IMG/VR virus record: IMGVR_UViG_3300001580_000006 | Coordinates: 96,001-160,000 of that record | Strand: one strand, 5' to 3' | Source: a virus | Taxonomy: Duplodnaviria; Caudoviricetes | Length of the DNA stretch: 64,000 nucleotides | Shown: positions 41,084-50,048 of the stretch, in pieces | Layout: every line of letters starts with the position of its first letter | Numbering within the stretch: position 1 is the stretch's first letter | Made by a program: the position numbers and the translations under genes | The notes under the pieces: generated by a model | What the model saw: the letters and a program-made list of their open reading frames with translations, nothing else | The model's database searches: none | Told to the model about the DNA's origin: nothing

Positions 41084-42866
41084 TTTGATCTTCCTCTTCT
41101 ATTGTAATAACGTTTGCTAGATCTTCGGTTTGATATCTGAGTGACAGTATCTCGTTCTTCTCTTCGTTGGTCAGTCGCTTCTTTCGGCTGTTTGGACTAA
41201 GCGGCCAGTCTACCACATGCATACCTAGGCCATCATTTATGTTTACCGAAGTTGCGTGTCCGATTATTCCATTGATTATGGTAACTACGTCTCCCTGCTT
41301 CATAGCTTTATTCATCCAGTCTTCAGCGTTACCCCAACATACGCTCTGGTTTGTAAAAGCATGAGGTACTGAAGACCCGTTTGGTCTACGATCCATGTTC
41401 CAGAATTTGATATCATGTACTGAGCCCTTAATTGGTATATCTACCAGTAGGCGTCCTACGTCAAATACTAGTCCACCAGGTATCATAATCTCTACGTTGC
41501 GAGTGTTCAGGATCAAATGATTGCCAACTAAGTGCAGTGCTTTGACATAGACACTGGTAAGAGCAGCCGCTACGCTGTTCTTAGCGCGCTCTATAATCTT
41601 ATCCTTGTTGCGCTTCTCTATCCTGTTTATCATTAGCTCAAGTTCTGTTCTAGCTATACGCTCTTCACACCTCTTTAACTCTGCCTGCAGGCTAGCCTGG
41701 GTTTTGAAGTCACGGGCCAAGGACTCTTCCAGTTTACCGATGTTGTCCTCAGTTATCTTCGACGCCATCTCTATAGTCTCTGGCGGAATTATGGTAACTG
41801 GATAAACTATCTCATCGGCTATCTTTTTGAACCATGCATCTGGGACCAAATCCTTCGTCAGCTCAGCCGAACTTGCTAAGAACTCTAAGGCAATAACCTT
41901 ACTCTTATATGAATATAATAGAAACGATAGTGCGTACGCTAGCTGTTTGACTACATTAGCTATTTGATCCTTGTGTTGTGATACTAGTAAGTAATTAAAC
42001 ATCAATAGCTTAGCGCTTATGTATGCTCCGTCTTTCTTTACTGCGGTATAAATACCTAAACAGGTTCCATCAGGAGCAACTATGTTTTCTATGTCATACG
42101 CTTTGCTATCAGCGAACAGCGATCTATCATCTGACTTAATAAAGTCCGGGATATAGTAGCCAACATGGTTAAACCTATTTTGAGGTGCGGTATACTTTAT
42201 ATCTAGGCAATCAACTGTCTCAACTTCAGTATCTTTAGTGTATGCGGAATCTATATATCCACTATACAGTACAAACGTTCCATTGTCTTGAAACTGCAAC
42301 TGTGGGTTCATAGAAACCCTTTGTTTATTACGCGTGTCGGCTGGCTGTGAATCTACAACAACAGATGCAAGCCCCATAGTCTTACAGAAGTTTGTTATCA
42401 TATTCAATACTGGTCTTACGCTATCGTCTTTTAAGAACTGATCGGCGTGTCGACTGTTTGGCCGTATAGCTATGCCGTCTATGTCTAGTGCAACAGCTCT
42501 AGTAGCTGTAGTACCGGCGTCATACGTTATTGATTCAACTTCTAAAACATTTACGTCAGCCCCGCCATATAGAACGTGCACCTCTAGATTAACACTCATG
42601 TAGTTATCATGTAGGAAGTCAGCAGTAAGCGCTGGCTGCCCAGCTGCTATTGGTAGCAGCGACAACATATTAATAATGGTATCAGTGTCGGAATGGATTA
42701 CGGGCACAACACTGCCGTCGCCTAGGGCAAAATCTGTTGCCCTATTGGTTCTCAGAAATGTGTTGACTCTTTCAATATCTCTCTTAGTGTGAAAGAATGC
42801 AGGCAGTCTTATCTTTACCGTTGGTTTATCTGCATACTCTGTAAGAAAGTCTAGGAGGGTGAACAT
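41049..42866 (-). CDS. large protein with coiled coil and C-terminal prokaryotic E2-like domain
   Basis: G...V.IP...PHAFTNQSVCWGN (the PH..x..C.G pattern of E2); directly upstream of the JAB and E1 genes. Confidence 0.65.
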   Translation of the reverse strand: MFTLLDFLTEYADKPTVKIRLPAFFHTKRDIERVNTFLRTNRATDFALGDGSVVPVIHSDTDTIINMLSLLPIAAGQPALTADFLHDNYMSVNLEVHVLYGGADVNVLEVESITYDAGTTATRAVALDIDGIAIRPNSRHADQFLKDDSVRPVLNMITNFCKTMGLASVVVDSQPADTRNKQRVSMNPQLQFQDNGTFVLYSGYIDSAYTKDTEVETVDCLDIKYTAPQNRFNHVGYYIPDFIKSDDRSLFADSKAYDIENIVAPDGTCLGIYTAVKKDGAYISAKLLMFNYLLVSQHKDQIANVVKQLAYALSFLLYSYKSKVIALEFLASSAELTKDLVPDAWFKKIADEIVYPVTIIPPETIEMASKITEDNIGKLEESLARDFKTQASLQAELKRCEERIARTELELMINRIEKRNKDKIIERAKNSVAAALTSVYVKALHLVGNHLILNTRNVEIMIPGGLVFDVGRLLVDIPIKGSVHDIKFWNMDRRPNGSSVPHAFTNQSVCWGNAEDWMNKAMKQGDVVTIINGIIGHATSVNINDGLGMHVVDWPLSPNSRKKRLTNEEKNEILSLRYQTEDLANVITIEEEDQNAGTIEAGVIG

Positions 42867-42885
42867 CTATTATCCTCGCTATAAT

Positions 42886-43521
42886 TTATGTGGTAAGAAA
42901 TCTCTTATCGTCGGGAGTAATGTCACACTCTCCAAGAAACAAGGAGAGCGGCCTAAGTGATTCTGGTAGAGAGTTGAACAGCATCTCATCTCCAAACATC
43001 CGCACCAATGCTATGTTAGAGAGCATAGCTATTCTACCTTCGAATCCACTTAGGGCTAAGTCAATAAGCCCAGACTCGTTTATAGTTAATTCTATTTCCT
43101 GATCCTTCATTATTTCCCAGTCCGGTGCAACGCCCTCAGTCTGATCTGAACTAAACGCACACGATAGTATTTCTAATAGACTAGTAACACTGTCTGAGGT
43201 TGTATATCCTTCAGTATCATATAGCATCTCAGTTGTGGTAAACCACTCATACTTCTCGTCTTTGAGGTCGTCAGCTTTATCTGGTAATTGAGCAGTAAGT
43301 AAGCCAATTAGGTGTTTTAGTTTGTCTTCGTCTAGGTATAAATCTGTGGTTATCTCAGAACTGGCACACTGTTTGCACTTCTTCTCTTCCATAGAATCTT
43401 CTAAGGTAGGAAGACTAATTAGTGGCACTGGTTTAGTAATATTGATCTTTTTCCAGCAGTTTTTGCACAAGGCAATGAACTGGAATGACACTGTCTCTGC
43501 CCAAATACTAAGCTGTGACAT
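42886..43521 (-). CDS. hypothetical protein with N-terminal CxxC..CxxC
   Basis: CKNC, CKQC. Confidence 0.55.
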   Translation of the reverse strand: MSQLSIWAETVSFQFIALCKNCWKKINITKPVPLISLPTLEDSMEEKKCKQCASSEITTDLYLDEDKLKHLIGLLTAQLPDKADDLKDEKYEWFTTTEMLYDTEGYTTSDSVTSLLEILSCAFSSDQTEGVAPDWEIMKDQEIELTINESGLIDLALSGFEGRIAMLSNIALVRMFGDEMLFNSLPESLRPLSLFLGECDITPDDKRFLTT

Positions 43522-43677
43522 TTAAACCCTCCACGGTATCTTGATGATTAGCTGTTTGTTCCATCTCCTCAAGCTTTTTAGTAGCACAAGCACAGCTGCA
43601 CAGAAATAAGCTTGTGGTTTTGTTAAACATGTTGGTATTGGTGTTACACACTGAACACCGACCAGCAACACGTAATC

Positions 43678-44280
43678 TTACCGAGTCGTAGTGGAACCAA
43701 TTGAGTTGCGAAACCATTCTTGGTGCTCCATTGCTGCTACGTATTCTATTGTTATAGTTGAATTTGGTCTAGCATATTTTGGTATACCTACTAGGGCTTT
43801 TGCAAACTTTGACTGCAGTAGACTATACCATTTCAAGTTTACTGGCCCATAGTTAGTATGCACTGTGTATATATTAGTTGTCCAAATAGTGCTAACTACA
43901 GGATCTCCGACTCTTATAGCTGACGACCATCTAGTTACTCTTTTTGGTACTCTAATTATAGTGCCTATTGGTTCTGCGTTTAGCACTACTTGACTAGCTG
44001 GTTGAAAGAACCAATCAATCTGCAACTTTGCCAGCTCGTTGGCCTTTATAAATACAGCGTCAAGCTGTGTGTATATTCTTATGCCCTGTACTGGATTGCC
44101 GACTATTTCTGCAAAGTCTCCAGCTCGTATGCAGTCATAGTTGCTTATGTTAGACAGTGTTTCGTTGCCGTCTTTGTTCCTAATTCGTCGCACTCTCCAG
44201 TACTTCGGTAGGCTCTGCAAGCTGTGTAACGTATGCATAATTTCTCGTATACCTGTCCATTGTGGGTTTAGCCATAGCAC
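43678..44280 (-). CDS. hypothetical protein (TNYGPV paralog family; start uncertain)
   Basis: WRVRRIRNK.G, I.AGDF, IRVGD, VHTNYGPV. Confidence 0.55.
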   Translation of the reverse strand: MLWLNPQWTGIREIMHTLHSLQSLPKYWRVRRIRNKDGNETLSNISNYDCIRAGDFAEIVGNPVQGIRIYTQLDAVFIKANELAKLQIDWFFQPASQVVLNAEPIGTIIRVPKRVTRWSSAIRVGDPVVSTIWTTNIYTVHTNYGPVNLKWYSLLQSKFAKALVGIPKYARPNSTITIEYVAAMEHQEWFRNSIGSTTTR

Positions 44281-44668
44281 TACTATCGTTTATACTAATA
44301 GGACCGTACTTAGAGTGCACCAACATTGTTCCAGTTTCTGCATACTCTTTCTCGTCAAGCTCTACATACGCAGGAATATTTAACACCTCTTTAATACTAT
44401 TCATGCGCCAGCCAAGTTTTTCTGAGTCGGCTATAACATACGAAAACTTTCCGGTTACCGGTCTTTCAGTAGCAGGCCGCAGGTACTTAAGTAAATCTTT
44501 CCGCCTAAAGCCATATATCCCGCGTCTTGTAAACACATCTATTTGTATACGTCCACCATAACGCTCTCGCGTTACGACAAAATCCCCTGGCTGTACGTAG
44601 TTTGACTTCCATACGTTGCGGCCCATCTTGTTTCGTAATCTTTTTACACGAAAAAATTCATTTGCCAT
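44180..44668 (-). CDS. hypothetical protein (TNYGPV paralog family)
   Basis: FRVKRLRNK.G, V.PGDF, VHSKYGPI. Confidence 0.55.
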   Translation of the reverse strand: MANEFFRVKRLRNKMGRNVWKSNYVQPGDFVVTRERYGGRIQIDVFTRRGIYGFRRKDLLKYLRPATERPVTGKFSYVIADSEKLGWRMNSIKEVLNIPAYVELDEKEYAETGTMLVHSKYGPISINDSSAMAKPTMDRYTRNYAYVTQLAEPTEVLESATN

Positions 44669-45435
44669 AACTGCATCCTTTTTAAAATATGATGTCAGGG
44701 CTCTTTTTATTTAAACTCAGCGCCCACGAATCGCAATTGATAAGTGAGGGAGATATAAAGGTTGGAGCCAATAACCACTGACATCAAGTACTATTACCCA
44801 ATGCTATCTCCTGCCGACCGCTTCCTTCATCTGTAAACATTTTTGAGTCTACAAATAGAATGGACAGTCCACTTGCTGTAGGTATTGGAACGAACATGCT
44901 TGTCATTACCATGTCTTCTCCGTCTACCTCTGGTTGAAGATATATGTCGGCGACCTTACCAGCATCCCTGATCTGTATAGACATATTGTTGTCGTTGTAT
45001 CGAGCGTAAACATCGGACACTTGCTCGCCCAAGGCCAAGAAGTGCAACAGTCTGCCAGGTATTAGATCAGACAGAATTATCTTGTGCAGTTTCGCGTCCC
45101 CACTGTATGTCACTTTCATCTTTTACCTTCCCAATTTTGTGAATTTGAGCTCGGCACTCGGGGCAACCGATTCTTGAATATAAATCGCAGGTGATTTGAT
45201 CTATCTCGTCTGACCAGTCACACTTGCTGCACTCTACTGAATAAATCATGGAAGTAGTTGTAGCTCCTCAATAGCTTCACTTACCTTATTCTTTGCAACA
45301 GATAGTCTGTGTAGATCGAGATAAAAGGTAGTAGTCTTTTCTATAGCAGTAAGTTCTTTGTACTGCTCTTGCAAAGACTCTAGCACTTTGGCCGTTTTAG
45401 TATGCTTCTTAGCTTGCATTTACCTATACCTAGTT

Positions 45436-45469
45436 AAAAAATAAGGGGATAGTATTTCTACTATCCCCT
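45436..45469 (-). terminator. intrinsic terminator downstream of the Ro60 gene
   Basis: AGGGGATAGTA/TACTATCCCCT hairpin followed by a T tract on the minus strand. Confidence 0.75.
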
Positions 45470-45504
45470 ACTGAACTCAGTTATTGGCGGCTGCAGCTCT
45501 TGTC

Positions 45505-46950
45505 CTATTGCCTACAATCTGAGCTTTCGTATGCTCGTATGTAATCCATTACATGCTCTGACCACCCGTCAATGTGCGTCCACTTGCCATACCCAATCCC
45601 GTTCTTTTCAATAGAGACGTTGATTAGATAGTTTTCGGTAGCCCAAGAGGTGTCAGCGTTGGTTGGATCTCCTTTAGAGCCCTTGGCATCACAATCCTGT
45701 TCGTCAGTGAACACTATAACTCTATCAGCGCTACCTTCCTCTCTTTTGACGTAGTCCATAGCCTGTTTCAGGAATATTCCGCCACCGCCTAGGCTCTGCT
45801 CTGCCTTCTTTACTGCATCTATTAGAGCAAAGCCATAACGCGGAGCAACTAAAGCAGTTTGATGCACCCTAGTGTGGTCGTTGCCGGCAGTACAGTAGAT
45901 CCGTGCATCCACACACCGTTCTCTAGCAATAACAGCTAAAGCAGCAGCAACATCTAGACGATTACGGTCGGATTTGGCTGATATATTGCCGCGCATAGAG
46001 CCGGAAACATCTATGATTAAAACTGTTTTGCCTGGAAGCTTGGAGTATCCATCCAAGTATTTCAACATTGCTTGCTCAATCTTGTTTTCCCACTGCGGGG
46101 CAAACTGAGCAGCTGATATGAACTGGAATGGTAGCACCATGCCGGGCTTCAGCCTATCTAAGGCTTCGAACACTAGCTTCTCGTTAACTCCGTTGTCTTT
46201 GAAGTTACGCAGATTGCGTAGTACAGCCAAAGCTCCCATCTTATTGTTGGATAAAAGACGCTCAAACTCTAGGCGCTTAGCTTCCTTGTCGTTGCCACAG
46301 GCTGATATGGCTACTTCCCAGGTGTCTGGGGTAGCTAAGGTGTTGGCGCGTAGCCTTCCCCAAAGAGTAGCCTGGTCCTCATCAATAGGACGAGGGTGCA
46401 CTAAGCATAGAACATCGCGTAGCTTTATTACCTTGTCATCGCCGCGGTATTTAGCCAACTGATACTCGTCGAAGCGGCGGAACGCACTAGCTAAACCAAC
46501 CTTGAACTGCCAAGGAATCGGCACCCTCTTGCCATATCTGTGATCAGCAGTACGCTTAGGCTTAGCTTGTCTATTTATACCCCAATATATGGCTAATATT
46601 TCTGAGAGCTCGTCTGCTCTTTTAATAATCTCCGGAAGCAGTTGCCCAACCAGCTTCTTATGCTCTGGGTGTCTTAGCATTAGGTTGGCTATAAGCAGCG
46701 GTGCATGACGGATTTTCATATCCAGTCTGGTCTCAATAGCCATATTGAATACGCTATGAGGATCTACTTGGCCTATTAGCTCAGCTATACGCTCGGCTAT
46801 AGACATACCACCCTCATAGAATGAATCTTCCCAAAGCATGCACGCCATTAGTGACCGCCTCAGTTTCTTTTCAGCTGAAATCATGGCGGCATTTGCGCCA
46901 CCAGCTGTATAAACTGGAGGTCTTTTGGCAGTTGTGTTTATTCTCGCCAT
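45505..46950 (-). CDS. Ro60/Rsr TROVE-vWA RNA-binding protein (start at MARINTT, RBS AAGGGAG)
   Basis: LRR...CMLWED.FYE.G, R.APL, RADE, FDEYQLAKY, LRDVL...HP.P, PDTWE, ALAVLRNLRN, vWA DVSGSM and TDEQ. Confidence 0.92.
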   Translation of the reverse strand: MARINTTAKRPPVYTAGGANAAMISAEKKLRRSLMACMLWEDSFYEGGMSIAERIAELIGQVDPHSVFNMAIETRLDMKIRHAPLLIANLMLRHPEHKKLVGQLLPEIIKRADELSEILAIYWGINRQAKPKRTADHRYGKRVPIPWQFKVGLASAFRRFDEYQLAKYRGDDKVIKLRDVLCLVHPRPIDEDQATLWGRLRANTLATPDTWEVAISACGNDKEAKRLEFERLLSNNKMGALAVLRNLRNFKDNGVNEKLVFEALDRLKPGMVLPFQFISAAQFAPQWENKIEQAMLKYLDGYSKLPGKTVLIIDVSGSMRGNISAKSDRNRLDVAAALAVIARERCVDARIYCTAGNDHTRVHQTALVAPRYGFALIDAVKKAEQSLGGGGIFLKQAMDYVKREEGSADRVIVFTDEQDCDAKGSKGDPTNADTSWATENYLINVSIEKNGIGYGKWTHIDGWSEHVMDYIRAYESSDCRQ

Positions 46951-46968
46951 AGTCTTACTCCCTTTTTG

Positions 46969-47468
46969 ACTAGGTAATTTGATTGGCCCCGCCGTACACG
47001 GCTTTACGTGCGACAACAAAAGGCTTAGTATACTATACCTATTGCTGGTTTTGATCAAACTAACCGCGGGTTATTGTTCGGCTTGCCAGATTCTCACTGG
47101 ACGCTCGTCCTTACGGACATTCAATATAGTGTTGCTGCCCCACTATTATCGGCTGTGGGTCACCATCATACAAAGTGCCATTTTGCGACTAAGCACCATG
47201 GCTGGTTGCGCATACAGTCTTTCAGCGCTACGTCATTTGGCGGACATACCAAGCCTAGCCGGTTTTCGGTGGACTGCAATCTTACCTTCCATGGTCTTTG
47301 GTCAACCTCTACCACGCGCAGCGACTTTCAGGTGCTAGGCATCTGTATGGAAGACTGCGTAGACAAACCGGCAAAATTTAACGCTACTCGGCATAGTCGA
47401 ATCGGGCAGTACTGCGGTTTCCCGCGTGCTCTGATTAAGGGCGAAGTAACCCAACTCTTCACCTGAGT
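46969..47468 (-). ncRNA. putative ~500-nt structured RNA starting with a Y-RNA-type 5' motif
   Basis: 5' CAGGUGAAGAGUUGGGUUACUUCG; no credible ORF on the transcribed strand; many local hairpins; abuts the Ro60 RBS. Confidence 0.55.
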
Positions 47469-47480
47469 AGCTTTTCTAAC

Positions 47481-47550
47481 TTGCCCGGAATAAGCGACTT
47501 GAGTATATTATCGTTTACAGTCGAAGTAACCCAAGCCTACACCAGGGCAA
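47481..47550 (-). ncRNA. minimal Y RNA (Ro60-binding helix, no tRNA-like domain)
   Basis: UUGCCCUGG-UGUAG-GCUUGGGU-UACUUCG...ACUCAAGU-CGCUUAUU-CCGGGCAA; the ends pair; lies between the promoter and the Ro60 gene. Confidence 0.75.
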
Positions 47551-47571
47551 TTTCTTTACTAGAATCAGCAT

Positions 47572-47600
47572 ATTGTAGCACAGAATCAATTAAAAGTCAA
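47572..47600 (-). promoter_or_regulatory. promoter of the Y-RNA/Ro60 unit
   Basis: TTGACT-17 nt-TACAAT with TG extension. Confidence 0.75.
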
Positions 47601-48448
47601 GTACTTTTTAACTCTGACCACAATAAATCTGATATCAGATCGTTTACATAATCTCTATCGTTATTATCAGGTAGCTGTGACTTGCTTGCAGCAGTGTTGA
47701 ACAGTTTCTTTTCGTGCTCAGCCATCTTTAATACTGACTTGAGGCTAAACTGTCCTTGCTTTATAGCTAACAACTCTTCTCTATCGATAGTGCGATAGTT
47801 TGTCATGTTCCCAGTGTCCAACAGCTCTCGTCCTAACCGATAGATGCGAATGAGGTGGGCTGCGTTCTTAGTGTCATACCCAAACTTATCAACTAAGGCT
47901 TTCCGCTTCTCACCCATGTATCCAAGGTATTTGTTGACTGCCTTAGTCTCTTTGTTTAGGTTGAAGTATGCAAAGGCACGACTATACCACTTCGGCTTTA
48001 CTAGATCAGGGTGTGATCTCATCATCTTGTCGAACTGCCCTTTTGCGTAGCCACCAAATGCGTCGCGCACTCTCGTTCGTGACAGAAATGCCTGCCTATT
48101 CTTTATGAGTTCAGACGATATGCACGACACAGTGGTTCTAAACTTTGCATCCAACCACAACCAGCCCAATACGTTAGGGTTGCAGCCTAGGAGAAGAGAT
48201 ACCGCCTTGCGTAATTCATAGCCTACACAGTCTACTAACACCCCACTCTCCATACGCATATAGTCAAAACCATCGTCTGACCTGTTGTAGCCGTCGAGGT
48301 TTAGATAGTAGTGACGGTCACGTATGTACACCTGGAAAATATCGTGATCATCTACTCCAACCTTATGCTCTGGAGGGATATATAAATTGTGGGCCTCTGA
48401 TCCGCGCAGGCCAGCGTATACTATCTTCCTTGTTTCTGCTTTAGGCAT
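47597..48448 (-). CDS. Pol-beta superfamily nucleotidyltransferase (RlaP/YcgL-like, RNA-repair associated)
   Basis: RGS.AH.L....DD.D, NPNVL..L, F.GYA..Q, GYDTK.A.H..R, L..IK.G. Confidence 0.85.
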   Translation of the reverse strand: MPKAETRKIVYAGLRGSEAHNLYIPPEHKVGVDDHDIFQVYIRDRHYYLNLDGYNRSDDGFDYMRMESGVLVDCVGYELRKAVSLLLGCNPNVLGWLWLDAKFRTTVSCISSELIKNRQAFLSRTRVRDAFGGYAKGQFDKMMRSHPDLVKPKWYSRAFAYFNLNKETKAVNKYLGYMGEKRKALVDKFGYDTKNAAHLIRIYRLGRELLDTGNMTNYRTIDREELLAIKQGQFSLKSVLKMAEHEKKLFNTAASKSQLPDNNDRDYVNDLISDLLWSELKST

Positions 48449-48460
48449 TGTCCTTATAAC

Positions 48461-48847
48461 CTAGAAGTCGGTATTTCTGATTATGGCTTTGATGCGACCG
48501 TTGCTAAACTCTACTGCTGGAGTTAGCTCCCACTCCTCGTCAGAGTTGTTAAGTTCAACCAGCAGCTCTTCCATAGTGGAAACGTTAATCAGCTGATAGC
48601 GAGCGCCGATTGACCGCACTCGCTCTATGGTAATGGCCTCTTCTGTCTCAATCGGAGTATCGGTAATAGTCACTACGTCGTTGTCGGCCAGGTCGGAGTA
48701 GAGGTCATCGCACTCCGTGCCGTTGATGGTAATAGTCTGATTCTCATCGACTATGTTAGCCATCCGAAAAAGGGTATCCACCGTTGCGTCATTTGGGTCC
48801 AAAGCTACTTTGCGCTCTGCCCCGTTGTGTACCATGGTGACAATCAT
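48461..48847 (-). CDS. protein with N-terminal ubiquitin-like domain
   Basis: V.....G....V.L....ATVDTL......ITING......L.D.DVVTI. Confidence 0.55.
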   Translation of the reverse strand: MIVTMVHNGAERKVALDPNDATVDTLFRMANIVDENQTITINGTECDDLYSDLADNDVVTITDTPIETEEAITIERVRSIGARYQLINVSTMEELLVELNNSDEEWELTPAVEFSNGRIKAIIRNTDF

Positions 48848-49183
48848 TGTATCTCCTTGGTTATTATTGCGTTGTCTGGTAATCTTTCAAGAAAGCGTGC
48901 TGGAACGACACCATTTTTCCATAGGTTGGTTGTAGCTAACTCGCTACCGTCATGGAACTTTATGGTGAATCGTTCGGCATCGTGGCCTTTCCACTTATCG
49001 GGAATATTTTCTTCATCTAGCTGAAAGCAGGTACGATCTGCAATGACAAATACTTTATTTCCAGCTTGTATACTATCTATTCTGTTTTGCCAATATAGGC
49101 AATCGTAACACAATGATTTAGTAAGCATTTCTGCAGCAGTGTCGTCAGAGTAGTCTCTTGTAGCCTGCCGTCTACCACAAGTA

Positions 49184-49831
49184 TTACACCTTATCTCCGC
49201 TTGAATCATCGCTGTCCCTCAATAAGTTCTTGATGTCCGCATCGGGCGTGGAGCGATATCTAGTAGTAGCGCAGGCCATGAAGCATAAAGCTTCACGGGT
49301 ACCTTCCCCTGTTCCAGCGTAGTTGGCAATGTTGCCTTTACTAATACCGATTGACGCACCTGCCGCAAATGCATCTTGATTAGCAGCCAGAAAGACAAAC
49401 ACCCATTTGTACACATCTGTCTGGTGAGAGATCATCTCATTAATTTGCTCGCGATGGAAGCTAGAACTTGCGTTCTCTTCTCCATCTGTAAGTATAGCAA
49501 TAATAACCTTCTCAGGTCTTTCGTCCTCTGGTAGGTTATTCAGTTGGTCGCCTATACGATTTATTGTCTGTCCGATAGCGTCGTATAGTGCTGTGGTTCC
49601 GCCAGGTCTATAGTTCTCTTCGGTAAGCTCTGGGGCGTCGGCGACGGGTTTGCGGTCTGTTAGAACAGATACCTCATGGTCAAATAGCACAATGGTAATA
49701 TTGGCATCTCCAGGACATTTCTTTTGCTCTTTTAGAAATGTATTGAATCCGCCAATAGCATCATTGGCAACGTGGCCCATGGACCCAGACTTATCAACTA
49801 TGATCCCAATTTCGGTAAGGTCCTTTTTCAT
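49184..49831 (-). CDS. vWA domain protein
   Basis: DKSGSM, G.TALYDAIG, ILTDG.ENAS. Confidence 0.88.
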   Translation of the reverse strand: MKKDLTEIGIIVDKSGSMGHVANDAIGGFNTFLKEQKKCPGDANITIVLFDHEVSVLTDRKPVADAPELTEENYRPGGTTALYDAIGQTINRIGDQLNNLPEDERPEKVIIAILTDGEENASSSFHREQINEMISHQTDVYKWVFVFLAANQDAFAAGASIGISKGNIANYAGTGEGTREALCFMACATTRYRSTPDADIKNLLRDSDDSSGDKV

Positions 49832-50040
49832 TAGCCCTCCACTTTAATAAGCATTCCTTCTCCCACAGGAATACTTAAATCAGTTGTAATGGTATCGTTT
49901 ATCTTTACAGTGTACATGTCTTTTGTCCACTGCTCAGTCCTTTTTAACAAATTCACCATGTCCAACACAGTACAGGGCTTCACCGAAGTAGTCCCAAATG
50001 TGTGAACTCTGCCACCGTTCAGCTGAACTTTGACTTCCAT
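49831..50040 (-). CDS. small ubiquitin-like/ThiS-like protein ending in Gly
   Basis: 69 aa: V.V.LNG, TV.D, VKIN, V.EG..I.VEG. Confidence 0.5.
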   Translation of the reverse strand: MEVKVQLNGGRVHTFGTTSVKPCTVLDMVNLLKRTEQWTKDMYTVKINDTITTDLSIPVGEGMLIKVEG

Positions 50041-50048
50041 ATATTCTC

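Noticed and set aside
46951-47058. N-terminal extension of the TROVE ORF in the track
   Set aside because: The ATG at 46950 has an AAGGGAG RBS and matches where the TROVE domain begins; the extension overlaps the putative RNA.
46979-47466. Plus-strand ORFs 46979..47338 and 47074..47466
   Set aside because: They are antisense to the promoter-driven Y-RNA/Ro60 unit, have no RBS or recognisable protein features, and are best explained as shadows of a structured RNA.
46969-47468. Group I intron interpretation of the large RNA
   Set aside because: A GACUGUA segment resembles P7, but I could not find a convincing P7 partner, P3 or flanking exons. Left unassigned.
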